From: Gemmatimonadaceae bacterium
Lineage (GTDB): Bacteria; Gemmatimonadota; Gemmatimonadetes; Gemmatimonadales; Gemmatimonadaceae
DNA length: 64,000 nt
Reading direction: 5' to 3'
Assembly (NCBI GenBank): GCA_044225935.1
Contig: JBGAHX010000020.1
Span: 2,632 to 66,631, forward strand
How positions within the stretch are numbered: the first letter of the stretch is position 1; each line of letters opens with the position of its first letter. Below are positions 9,157-17,854 of this stretch, piece after piece. The notes below the pieces were generated by a model, which made no database searches, was not told the DNA's origin, and saw only the letters and a program-made list of their open reading frames with translations. A program made the position numbers and the translations under genes.

Positions 9157-9947
9157 CAGCGAATCATGTTGTTGGCGGTGGACATCATCTCCTCGGCGTT
9201 CTTGATCGCCTTGGAGTTGATCTCGTAGGCGCGCATCGCGGTGATCATGTCGACCATCTCCTGCACGATCTCGACGTTGCTCGACTCGAGGTGTCCCTGC
9301 AGGATGCGCCCCATCCCTTCGTCGGCCGGGAAGCCGACCGTCGGCTGCCCGGACGCCGGAGTCTCGGCGAAGAGGTTCTCACCTAACGACTGGAGCCCCG
9401 ACGGATTCATGAAGCGCGCGAGCTCGAGCTGGCCGAGCTCCTGCTTCTCCACCGTGTTGCCGCCGACCGAGACCGAGATCTTCCCGGTCGTCGAGATCGT
9501 GAGCTCGGTAGCGTCGGTCGGGACCTTGATCCCGGGGACGACGGCGTAGCCGCCGCTGGTGATCAACGTTCCAGTGTCGGAGATGCCAAACGATCCGTCG
9601 CGCGAGTAGGCGATTGTCCCGTTGGGCATCTGGATCTGGAAGAAGCCTTCACCCTCGATCGCGAGGTCGAGCGGGCGCGTGGTCTCTTCGACGGCGCCTT
9701 GCGAGTGCAGGCGCTGCACCGAGGCCAGTCGCGTTCCGCGCCCGACCTGCACCGCCGGCATCGTGTTCGTGTCGGGATTCCCGACGACCGACGCTCCCTG
9801 CACCGTCTGGTAGAGGAGATCCTCGAAGTGCGCGCGCGAACCCTTGAAGCCCGTGGTGTTCACGTTCGCGAGGTTGTTGGCGATGACTTCGGTGCGAAGC
9901 TGCTGCGCCATCATGCCGGTGGCGGACGTGCGGAGGGCGGGGTTCAT
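9156..9947 (-). CDS. flgG: Distal rod protein FlgG
   Basis: MNPALRTSATGMMAQQLRTEVIANNLANVNTTGFK ... LESSNVEIVQEMVDMITAMRAYE; 263 aa. Confidence 0.92.
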   Translation of the reverse strand: MNPALRTSATGMMAQQLRTEVIANNLANVNTTGFKGSRAHFEDLLYQTVQGASVVGNPDTNTMPAVQVGRGTRLASVQRLHSQGAVEETTRPLDLAIEGEGFFQIQMPNGTIAYSRDGSFGISDTGTLITSGGYAVVPGIKVPTDATELTISTTGKISVSVGGNTVEKQELGQLELARFMNPSGLQSLGENLFAETPASGQPTVGFPADEGMGRILQGHLESSNVEIVQEMVDMITAMRAYEINSKAIKNAEEMMSTANNMIR

Positions 9948-9953
9948 GGGGTT

Positions 9954-9990
9954 CTAGAAGACGAGAGGTCAGAAGACGAGAAGACGAGAG
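9954..9990 (-). repeat. Octamer tandem repeat (gene sense CTCGTCTT), interrupted, about 3 units, 6 nt upstream of the flgG start
   Basis: Plus strand reads AGAAGACGAGAGGTC AGAAGACG AGAAGACG AGAGGT. Fills most of the 47 nt flgF-flgG spacer. Confidence 0.9.
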
Positions 9991-9994
9991 GTGC

Positions 9995-10690
9995 CTAACC
10001 AGGCACTTTCCCCAACTCATTCACGATCGTGCTGCGGATGCCGTCGAGGGTCGAGAGGACCTTCTGGGCGTCGGCGAAGTTGCGCTGGATCGAGATCAGG
10101 TCGACGAGCGAGGAAAGCGTGTTGACGTTGCTCCCCTCGAGCTCGCCCTGGCGAATGTCGCGGTCGGAATACGCGACCGACTGCTTTCCGGCATCAGGGA
10201 TGAAGTGCGTACCGCCTTCATGCTGCAGCGCGGCGCCGGCGGCGGGCTTCTCCATGCGGAGGCGGTCGATCTTGATGTTGTCGACGACGACCCATCCGGA
10301 ACGGTCGATCGCGACGGCGGAGCCGGAGACCTTGATCGCCCCCTTCTCCCCCAACAGGCGATTGCCGGTGGTGTCGGTCAGGTACCCCTGCGCATCGACG
10401 CTCCAGGCGCCTCCGCGCGTCCAGCGCTCGCCGTTCGGTGTGTTGACGACGAAGTAGTCCTGGCCGCGTGTGGCGATGTCGAGCGGGTTGCCGGTGGTCT
10501 CGTACGAACCGGCGGTGAAGTCGGTCGCCGCATCGGGGACGGGAACGCCGTCGCCGACGAGGCGGGCGAAGACGCGTTCTCCTTTGAAGCCGGTCGTGTT
10601 GACGTTTGCCAGGTTGTTCGACGCGACTTCCTGACGGCGCTCCCAGTAGCGGAGCGCGTGTGCCGCGCTGGCGATTCCGTCTGTCTTCAT
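9995..10690 (-). CDS. flgF: Proximal rod protein FlgF
   Basis: ASNNLANVNTTGFKGERVF ... LEGSNVNTLSSLVDLISIQRNF; rod-family termini, 231 aa, upstream of flgG. Confidence 0.85.
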   Translation of the reverse strand: MKTDGIASAAHALRYWERRQEVASNNLANVNTTGFKGERVFARLVGDGVPVPDAATDFTAGSYETTGNPLDIATRGQDYFVVNTPNGERWTRGGAWSVDAQGYLTDTTGNRLLGEKGAIKVSGSAVAIDRSGWVVVDNIKIDRLRMEKPAAGAALQHEGGTHFIPDAGKQSVAYSDRDIRQGELEGSNVNTLSSLVDLISIQRNFADAQKVLSTLDGIRSTIVNELGKVPG

Positions 10691-10724
10691 GCGAGAGGCT
10701 CCGAACGAGAGTCACTCGCATGAA

Positions 10725-10741
10725 AGGCAACGGCTATGCCC
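10725..10741 (-). promoter_or_regulatory. Candidate sigma54 promoter upstream of flgF
   Basis: Minus-strand GGGCATAGCCGTTGCCT has GG-N10-GC spacing and an exact TTGC -12 element. It lies about 35 nt upstream of the flgF ATG. Confidence 0.45.
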
Positions 10742-10778
10742 GCTGGGCCATCATCGGCCCTGAGTCGCTAAGTGCTTG

Positions 10779-11147
10779 TCAGGTAGCGACTTGGCTGCGA
10801 ACTGGCTTGGCGCTTGATCGACCAAGCAGGCGCTGGAAGAAGGAAAGACGTGCCGCCGGGGGTGATTTCTGCCGGGAGGCAGGGGCGGAGAGCCCGGCGA
10901 GGAGTGCCAGTGCGTCGCGCGAGAGCCCCGTGCGGCGCGCGACATCGGCGGTGTCGATCCCCGACGCGACGAGTGCGCGCGCCGTCATCGCGCGCGGACG
11001 CCCCGACGCGTCGCGCGGCGTCTCGGCGCGCGCGGGCCAGGCGATGAGCACGAGGAGCGCGAGCAGGGCGACGGCGAGGATCCCGCTCGCTGCGAGCGTG
11101 AGCGCGTCGCTGGTGATCAGGTCGACGAGGTGGAGGAGCGTCGCCAT
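10779..11147 (-). CDS. Hypothetical small membrane protein downstream of fliA
   Basis: High third-position GC, N-terminal TM helix (LTLAASGILAVALLALLVLIAW), and an HTH-like stretch (IDTADVARRTGLSRDALALL). No family recognised. Confidence 0.5.
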   Translation of the reverse strand: MATLLHLVDLITSDALTLAASGILAVALLALLVLIAWPARAETPRDASGRPRAMTARALVASGIDTADVARRTGLSRDALALLAGLSAPASRQKSPPAARLSFFQRLLGRSSAKPVRSQVAT

Positions 11148-11149
11148 CG

Positions 11150-11905
11150 TTAGGCCGGGGTGCGGAAGTGGGCGAGTTCGGAGCGCAGGCGCGAGAGCGC
11201 CTTGGCGCGAATCTGCGACACGCGCGACTCGGTGAGCTCGAGGACATCGGCGATCTCGTGCAGCTTGAGCTCCTCGAAGTAGTAAAGCGTGAGAACGATG
11301 CGCTCCTGCTCCTTGAGGCGGGTGAGCGCCTGCTTGAGGATCTCCTTCTCCTGCTCGCGATTGATCTCGTCTTCGATGTTGTTGTCGTGCGGATCGCTCA
11401 GCGCCTCCGGCGGGAGGAACGGTTGCCCGTCCTGTTCGGTCGCCCCCTGGTCGAGCGAGACCTGCACGGCGTTCTCGGTATCGGCCTGCCAGCGCCAGAG
11501 CGTTCCGAGGTCGAGGCCAAGGTGCTCGGCCACCTCCTTGTCGCTGGCGGGGCGTCCGAAGATGCGGGTCAGCGTCTCGCGCGCCTGCGAGATCTCGCGC
11601 GTCTTGCGGCGGATCGAGCGCGGGACGTGATCCTGCCGGCGAAGCTCATCGAGGATCGCGCCGCGGATGCGCGGCACGGCAAACGTGGAAAAGGCGAGAC
11701 CGCGCGACGGCTCGAAGGCCTCGAGCGCGTTCATCAGGCCAATGGTCCCGCACGAGACGAGTTCGTCGAAATCTGCTGGCGCAGCGAGCGCCTTCGAGAG
11801 CTGGCGCGCGACGTGATGCACGAGATTGAGATTCTCCGTGAGGAGCTTCTCTCGCGCCATCAGATCGCCGCTGGCGAAGGCGTCCCAGAGATTCTCGGTG
11901 GACAT
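11150..11905 (-). CDS. fliA: Flagellar sigma factor FliA (sigma28)
   Basis: Regions 2-4 of a group 3 sigma factor (LVHHVARQL..., GTIGLMNALEAFEPSRGLAFSTFAVPRIRGAILDELR, LKLHEIADVLELTESRVSQIRAKAL). Follows flhF-flhG as in many flagellar clusters. Confidence 0.88.
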   Translation of the reverse strand: MSTENLWDAFASGDLMAREKLLTENLNLVHHVARQLSKALAAPADFDELVSCGTIGLMNALEAFEPSRGLAFSTFAVPRIRGAILDELRRQDHVPRSIRRKTREISQARETLTRIFGRPASDKEVAEHLGLDLGTLWRWQADTENAVQVSLDQGATEQDGQPFLPPEALSDPHDNNIEDEINREQEKEILKQALTRLKEQERIVLTLYYFEELKLHEIADVLELTESRVSQIRAKALSRLRSELAHFRTPA

Positions 11906-11909
11906 CAGA

Positions 11910-12743
11910 TCAACCCTTCCTCAGGAGACGATGCATCGATGGTGGTGCTTCAACCGACTCGGTGAGAATCCGCTCACCGATTGCGCGTACCGCGAGTGCC
12001 GCGGTGGAGCCCAGGGAGGCCTCGGCCGTTCCCAGTCCGGCGGCGAGTGCGCTGCCGAAGTCGGGGTCGTCCGGCACCGCACCGGCAAACGGCGTGGTCC
12101 GCGATAGAAAACGAACGGAGGCCCCGTTGAGATACTCATGCAACCGATCGGCGCTTTGCTCGTCCACGCGATTCGCAATCACGTCGACGCGGACGTCGGG
12201 GAGGCGCTCGTGCAGGAGCTTGACGACGGCGTAGGTCGCGATCAGAGAAATGCGATCGCCGGCGGTGACGGCGAGGAGTCGGCTCACGCCGTCGGCGCAC
12301 GCCGTCATGAGCGACTCGGCACTCGAGCCGGCATCGACGACGACGAGGTCGACGTCGGCGTGGAGCGAGGCGACGCGGCGCATCAGGAGCCGGCGCTCCG
12401 TCGGGCGCAACGCCGGTTCGTCGACCGCCGCCGGAAAGAGTGACAAACGATCGGCGACAGGAACGAGCAGCTGGTGCGGTTCGCGCGCGCCCCGCAGCTC
12501 GCCAAGCGAGCCGCGTGGTTCCACGCCGAGCAGGTGATGCAGCCCGCCGATCCGTTCCCCGGCGTCGACGAGGAGGACGCGCTGTCCTTGCTCAGCCATG
12601 GTCGCGGCGAGCAGCGCAGCGATCGTCGATGTCCCTACACCTCCCTTGCCGCTCCCGACGGCCACGACGGGCGTGCGCGCGCTCGCGTCGCGAGACGCGG
12701 CGCCCGGGAGTGGGCGGTGCAGGGGATCGAGCGGAGCGGTCAT
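11910..12743 (-). CDS. flhG: MinD/ParA-type ATPase FlhG (YlxH)
   Basis: Deviant Walker A VAVGSGKGGVGTSTIAALLA; position after flhF. Confidence 0.8.
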   Translation of the reverse strand: MTAPLDPLHRPLPGAASRDASARTPVVAVGSGKGGVGTSTIAALLAATMAEQGQRVLLVDAGERIGGLHHLLGVEPRGSLGELRGAREPHQLLVPVADRLSLFPAAVDEPALRPTERRLLMRRVASLHADVDLVVVDAGSSAESLMTACADGVSRLLAVTAGDRISLIATYAVVKLLHERLPDVRVDVIANRVDEQSADRLHEYLNGASVRFLSRTTPFAGAVPDDPDFGSALAAGLGTAEASLGSTAALAVRAIGERILTESVEAPPSMHRLLRKG

Positions 12744-13576
12744 GCAGCGCGCGTGGATGCGGTGCCGGTGGAGAGCCCGAGCGCGCCGAGAATGTGGGCG
12801 CGCGACGGATGCAGGTCATCGGGGACCGCATGCCCGTCGGTGATCCAGCGGATCGGGAGGTCGACGCGCGCTGCGACGTCGGCGATCGCGCGTTCATCGT
12901 GCAGCTCGTCGACCTTGGAGATGATGGCGTGCGTGAGTCGGCACGGCGCCATCGCCTGCACGAGCGAGGGGACGGCGTCCGGTCGTAAAGTCGCGGGGAG
13001 TACCAGGTGCACTTCGTCGGGCGTGAGCGCACGGAGGAGCTGCTGCCACTGGGCGTTGGCGTCCTTCGAGCGCGGAGAGCGCCCGGGCGTGTCGATGATC
13101 ACGACGTCGCGATCGTCGAGGCGTTTCATCACGGCCGGCACTTCGCGCGCATCGTAGAGCACTTCGAGCGGGAGGTTCGTGACCTCGGCATACTGCTGCA
13201 TCTGCTCGAGCGCGCCGACGCGATAGGTGTCGAGCGTGATAAGCCCCACCTTGCGGCTGCCGAAGACGGCGCGATGCAGCGCGAGCTTTGCCGCCACAGT
13301 TGTCTTTCCGGCGCCGGTCGGACCGACGAGGGCGATGAGGAGCGGACCGCTGCGCCCGCGCCCGCCCTGTCCGCGCGGGAGCGACGGCGGGGCCGGTTCG
13401 AGGCGCTTGCGAAGCGCCGCCAGGTCCTGCTGGCGGGCGGCGATCACCTCGACGCGGGTCACGCCCCCCTCCTTCGAGACGGCGCTGCGGATGACGAGCA
13501 CGTCGTCGCCTAACGCGCGCCGCGCGTCGTCGAAGACGCGACGGAGGTCTGTGCCGTGGAAGGTCTCAAGCAGCAT
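12740..13576 (-). CDS. flhF: SRP-type GTPase FlhF
   Basis: LVGPTGAGKTTVAAKLA, DTYRVGA, IIDTPGRS and SKVDE are G1-G4 motifs of SRP-family GTPases. Follows flhA. Confidence 0.85.
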   Translation of the reverse strand: MLLETFHGTDLRRVFDDARRALGDDVLVIRSAVSKEGGVTRVEVIAARQQDLAALRKRLEPAPPSLPRGQGGRGRSGPLLIALVGPTGAGKTTVAAKLALHRAVFGSRKVGLITLDTYRVGALEQMQQYAEVTNLPLEVLYDAREVPAVMKRLDDRDVVIIDTPGRSPRSKDANAQWQQLLRALTPDEVHLVLPATLRPDAVPSLVQAMAPCRLTHAIISKVDELHDERAIADVAARVDLPIRWITDGHAVPDDLHPSRAHILGALGLSTGTASTRAA

Positions 13577-15659
13577 GGGTCAGCTCCCAGGTGGCGACGG
13601 AGTTCAGCTTCACGGTGGTCGGCAGTTCGGCGAGCGAGATCACGGGGAGCGTGGCGAGCACCGGCTCGACCAGGCGCCTGACGCCGATGCGCAGCGACGG
13701 CGGCGTGATCAGCGGCGGGAGGCGCCCTTCGCTGGCGTGGGTGGTGGCGAGGAAGTTGAGTTCGCGGAGCAGGTCGGCGAGCAGGTCGGGCGTGAGCGGT
13801 GCGAGCCCGGCCGGCGCGTTGCGCGGCGAGAAGAGTCCCATGAGCGACGCCTCGAGGCGCGGCCCGATCGTGATTCCGCGAACGGCACCCGCCGGATCCG
13901 AATAGGCACGGGCAATAACGTTCGACAGCGCGCGCCTCACGTGTTCGGTGAGCACCTCGGCATCCTTCGTCTGCTCGACGCCGTCGCCGAGCGCCTCGAG
14001 GATCGTGACCATGTCGCGGATGGGGATGCGCTCGCGCAGGAGGCGCTGCAGCACGCGGTGGAGGAGCCCCAACGACACCTTGCTGGGCACGAGGTCCTCG
14101 ACGAGCGCCGGGTGCGTGCGCTTGAGCGTCTCGACCATTTCCTGCACGTCCTGCCGCCCAAGGAGCTCGGCGGCATTGACCTTGAGCGACTCCATCAGGT
14201 GCGTGGCGATCACCACTGCCGGCTCCACGACCACGTAGCCTAACGACTCGGCTTCCACCCGGCGCGAGGAGGCGATCCAGCGCGCGGTGAGCCCGAACGC
14301 CGGATCGATGGTTTCGATCCCTTCGATCCCATGGATCACCGAGCCGGTGTCGAGCGCGAGGTGGAAGCGCGGCATCACCTCGGCGCGGGCGATCTCCGAG
14401 CCGCGCAGCTTGATGACGTACTCGTTCGCCGGCAGGTGCAAGTCGTCGCGCACGCGGATCGGTGGGATGAGGATCCCCACCTCGAGTGCGGCCTGCTTGC
14501 GCAGCAGTTGGATGCGCTCGAGGAGGTCACCCCCCTGACGCTCGTCGACGAGTGGAATGAGCGCGTAGCCGACTTCCAGCTCGATCGGGTCGATCTGCAG
14601 GAGGTCGCGCATCGGGTCGGCCGGCTTCTCCGGCTCCTTCGTGGCCTCGGTCGCGGCTTCACGCGCTTCCTTTGTACGGTCGGCTTCGGCCTGCGCCGCC
14701 ATGCGGGCGAGGAAGAAGAGCGTTCCGCCGATCGCGAGGAAGGGAAGCTTGGGAAGCCCCGGAATGAGGCCGAAGGTGGTGAGCACTCCAGCGGCGACGT
14801 ACATCGCACGCGGATACGCGGCGAGCTGCTGGCTCACCTGCGCGCCCATCTTCGCCTGACCCGACGCGCGCGTCACCATGATGCCGGCGGCCGTCGAGAC
14901 GATCAGTGCGGGGACCTGCGCGACGAGTCCTTCACCGACGGTGAGGATCGTGTACTGCGATGCGGCCTGCGCGAGCGGGAGCCCGCGCTGGATGACCGCG
15001 ATGAAGATCCCGCCGAGGATGTTGATGCCGGTGATGAGGAGCGCGGCGATCGCGTCGCCCTTCACGAACTTCGACGCACCATCCATCGCGCCGTAGAAGT
15101 CGGCCTGCCGCGCGATCTCCTCGCGGCGACGGCGCGCCTCACCCTCGTCGATCAATCCCGCCGAGAGGTCGGCGTCGATCGCCATCTGCTTGCCGGGCAT
15201 CGCGTCGAGGGTGAAGCGCGCCGCCACTTCGGCGACGCGTCCGGCACCCTTCGTGATCACGATGAAGTTGATCCCGATCAGGATCAGGAAGAGGACGACA
15301 CCTACCGCGTAGTTGCCGCCGATGACGAACTGCCCGAAGGCCTGAATCACCTGTCCAGCGTGCCCTTCCGAGAGGATGAGGCGCGTACTGGCGAAGTTGA
15401 GCCCCAGTCGAAAGAGCGTGAGCAGGAGCAGCAGGGCAGGGAACGACGAAAACTCGAGCGGCTCCCGCGTCTGCATCGTGGTGAGGAGCACCACCAGCGA
15501 TAGCGCGATGCTCGTCGCCAGGAGCAGGTCCAGGATGAACGACGGGAGCGGAACGATCATCAGGCCGAGCACGAACACCACCGCGATGGCGAGTCCCATC
15601 TCGGCGTTGCGCCTGGCGAAGCCCTCGGCGCTCGGCAGCGGGCGGACCGCGGTACTCAT
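13566..15659 (-). CDS. flhA: Flagellar export gate protein FlhA
   Basis: 697 aa. FlhA/InvA-family TM region and cytoplasmic domain (FVKGDAIAALLITGINILGG, VGEGLVAQVPALIVSTAAG). Confidence 0.95.
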   Translation of the reverse strand: MSTAVRPLPSAEGFARRNAEMGLAIAVVFVLGLMIVPLPSFILDLLLATSIALSLVVLLTTMQTREPLEFSSFPALLLLLTLFRLGLNFASTRLILSEGHAGQVIQAFGQFVIGGNYAVGVVLFLILIGINFIVITKGAGRVAEVAARFTLDAMPGKQMAIDADLSAGLIDEGEARRRREEIARQADFYGAMDGASKFVKGDAIAALLITGINILGGIFIAVIQRGLPLAQAASQYTILTVGEGLVAQVPALIVSTAAGIMVTRASGQAKMGAQVSQQLAAYPRAMYVAAGVLTTFGLIPGLPKLPFLAIGGTLFFLARMAAQAEADRTKEAREAATEATKEPEKPADPMRDLLQIDPIELEVGYALIPLVDERQGGDLLERIQLLRKQAALEVGILIPPIRVRDDLHLPANEYVIKLRGSEIARAEVMPRFHLALDTGSVIHGIEGIETIDPAFGLTARWIASSRRVEAESLGYVVVEPAVVIATHLMESLKVNAAELLGRQDVQEMVETLKRTHPALVEDLVPSKVSLGLLHRVLQRLLRERIPIRDMVTILEALGDGVEQTKDAEVLTEHVRRALSNVIARAYSDPAGAVRGITIGPRLEASLMGLFSPRNAPAGLAPLTPDLLADLLRELNFLATTHASEGRLPPLITPPSLRIGVRRLVEPVLATLPVISLAELPTTVKLNSVATWELTHAA

Positions 15660-16744
15660 GCGGTCACCGTCTGGAGCGCCTTGCCGCGCGCGATGCGGCG
15701 GCGGATGACGAAGGCGAGAATTTCGGCAACGGCCACGTAGAGTTCACTGGGGATCATCTGACCGATGCGGGCACTGGCGAGGAGCGCACGCGCGAGCGGC
15801 TTGTTCTCGATGCAGGGAATGCCGTTGTCGCGCGCGATGGCCTTGATACGCTCGGCGACCTTGCGCTGGCCGAGGGCGACGACGATCGGTGCCGGCGCCT
15901 TGAGCGGGTCATAGATCAACGCGACTGCGATGTGCGTCGGGTTGGTGATGACCACATCGGCCTTGGGAACCGACTGCATCATCTGCCGGCGCGCCAGCGA
16001 ACGCCCAAACGAGCGCATGCGCGCCTTCACCATCGGATCGCCTTCGGACTGCTTGCTCTCTTCCTTGATCTCGTCGCGGCTCATCTTGAGCCCCTGTTCG
16101 TGCTGCCAGATCTGGAAGGCGTAGTCCAGCCCAGCGAGCCCCAGGTAGCAGAGGCCGGCCGTCGTCAGGAGCTTCACTGAATACTTCAGCGTCACGACGA
16201 GGAAGCTGAAGTTCGGCTGCTGCCCGAGGGCGAGAATATCGGCCCACGCCGCGGTCAGCGCGCTCTTCACCGCAAAACTGATGAGGGCGAGCTTGAGCAG
16301 CGACTTGAACAGGTCGGCCAACGACTGAATGCCGAGGACGCGCTTGATGTTGTTGGCCGGTGACAGCTTGCTGAAGTCCGGCGAGAGCGGCTTGAAGGTG
16401 AAGATTCCGCGCGCCTGCGGGGCCGCGATCGCGAGCCCCATCAGCATGAGCGATCCGGCCCACATCCCGACGATGAGCACGGCCTTGCCGAAGATGTGGC
16501 GTACGAGCCCCACGGCCGAATCGGCGCCCAGCGGCGCGGACCCGATGGCGGCGATCCCCTCGGCGAACAGGTCGCGGATCTGCCCTCCGATCTTCCCGCC
16601 GAGGAGGTTGAGGGTCATCGCAGCGCCAAGGAGGACGAACGACGTCGTCAGCTCCTGCGAGCGCGGGATCTTTCCTTCGCTGCGCGATTCTTCGCGCCGT
16701 TTCGCTGTAGGTGCTTCTGTCTTTTCCTGGTCGGCGAGTGCCAT
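15656..16744 (-). CDS. flhB: Flagellar export switch protein FlhB
   Basis: MALADQEKTEAPTAKRREESRSEGKIPRS N-terminus and the NPTH autocleavage motif (VVITNPTHIAVAL). Confidence 0.95.
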   Translation of the reverse strand: MALADQEKTEAPTAKRREESRSEGKIPRSQELTTSFVLLGAAMTLNLLGGKIGGQIRDLFAEGIAAIGSAPLGADSAVGLVRHIFGKAVLIVGMWAGSLMLMGLAIAAPQARGIFTFKPLSPDFSKLSPANNIKRVLGIQSLADLFKSLLKLALISFAVKSALTAAWADILALGQQPNFSFLVVTLKYSVKLLTTAGLCYLGLAGLDYAFQIWQHEQGLKMSRDEIKEESKQSEGDPMVKARMRSFGRSLARRQMMQSVPKADVVITNPTHIAVALIYDPLKAPAPIVVALGQRKVAERIKAIARDNGIPCIENKPLARALLASARIGQMIPSELYVAVAEILAFVIRRRIARGKALQTVTA

Positions 16745-17539
16745 CTATCTCACTCCTGTGCCGACGAGGGCGCCCATGGCGCGCGTGAGCATGGCGTCGT
16801 ACGACGCCTCCCACCCGAGGAACCACGACGCGATGAACGGGAGCGTGGCGGCCAGTGTGCCGATGCCCACGAGGATCTGAATCGGAAAGGCGAGCTGCAG
16901 GATCTGAAGCTGCGGTGCGGCGCGGCTCAGCACCGCGAGCGCAACGTTGGCGATCAGCACGACCGCCATGACCGGCGCGGCCAGCTGCAACCCGATGGCG
17001 AAGAGCGACGAGCCCAACGACACGAAGCTGTGCAGCCCCGCCGCGACGTCGATCGGCGTTCCCACCGGAATTCGCTTGAGGCTCGTGGCGAGCGCGTCGA
17101 GCATGACCAGGTGCCCGTTGAGCGCGAGGACGAGCGAGAGCGAGAAGAGGTTCACGAGCTGCCCGAGCGCCGTCGTCTGCTGCTGCGACAGCGGATCCAT
17201 GATCGCCGATCCGGAAAGGCCGATCTGGATCGAGAGGAGTTCGCCGCATGCCTCGGCGGCGCCGATGAGGATCGCTGCGCCAAGGCCGATCGCGAAGCCG
17301 ATCAGCGACTCGCTGACGACTGCTGCCGGCGTGAGGTCGGGGAGTTTCTGCAGGTGGCTTTGCGCCACCGGCACCATCAGGATCGACAGGACGATGACGA
17401 GCGCGGTTCTCACCTTGACCGGCACCGGGCGCGCCGAGAATACCGGCGCGACGAGCACCATCCCGCTGATGCGCGCGCCAAAGAGCGCGATCGTCGCGGG
17501 GGCACCCGGTGCGAAGAGGTCGAAGGGAGCGACGGCCAT
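16745..17539 (-). CDS. fliR: Flagellar export gate protein FliR
   Basis: Polytopic membrane protein in the fliQ-fliR-flhB slot. Start taken at the internal ATG 17537-17539, overlapping the fliQ stop by 1 nt. Confidence 0.85.
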   Translation of the reverse strand: MAVAPFDLFAPGAPATIALFGARISGMVLVAPVFSARPVPVKVRTALVIVLSILMVPVAQSHLQKLPDLTPAAVVSESLIGFAIGLGAAILIGAAEACGELLSIQIGLSGSAIMDPLSQQQTTALGQLVNLFSLSLVLALNGHLVMLDALATSLKRIPVGTPIDVAAGLHSFVSLGSSLFAIGLQLAAPVMAVVLIANVALAVLSRAAPQLQILQLAFPIQILVGIGTLAATLPFIASWFLGWEASYDAMLTRAMGALVGTGVR

Positions 17540-17808
17540 CAGCCGACCAACGCGGGAAGGGAGCGGAAGAGGCGCTGCGTGTACTCGACGAGGACCTGCA
17601 GCATCCACGGCAGCCCGACGAGGAAGACAGCGGCCACGCCGAGGAGCTTGGGGAGGAACGAGAGCGTCTGCTCCTGAATCTGCGTCACGGTCTGCAGCAC
17701 GCTCACGAGGAGCCCGATCACCAGCGACACCACGAGCACGGGGCCCGCGACGAGCATCGCGATGAGCATGGCGTTGCGAGCGAGGTCGGTGACAAGCGTG
17801 TAAGACAT
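17539..17808 (-). CDS. fliQ: Flagellar export gate protein FliQ
   Basis: MSYTLVTDLARNAMLIAMLVAGPVLVVSLVIGLLVSVLQTVTQIQEQTLSFLPKL is canonical FliQ. The track ORF extends spuriously through the repeat. Confidence 0.9.
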   Translation of the reverse strand: MSYTLVTDLARNAMLIAMLVAGPVLVVSLVIGLLVSVLQTVTQIQEQTLSFLPKLLGVAAVFLVGLPWMLQVLVEYTQRLFRSLPALVG

Positions 17809-17809
17809 C

Positions 17810-17846
17810 AGAAGACGAGAAGACGAGAAGACGAGAAGACGAGGGG
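17810..17846 (-). repeat. Octamer tandem repeat (gene sense CTCGTCTT x4), 1 nt from the fliQ ATG
   Basis: Plus strand reads AGAAGACG x4 (17810-17841) followed by AGGGG. Occupies 37 of the 46 nt between the fliP stop and the fliQ start. Nearly identical to the copy at 58478-58514. Confidence 0.95.
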
Positions 17847-17854
17847 TGCGCTGG

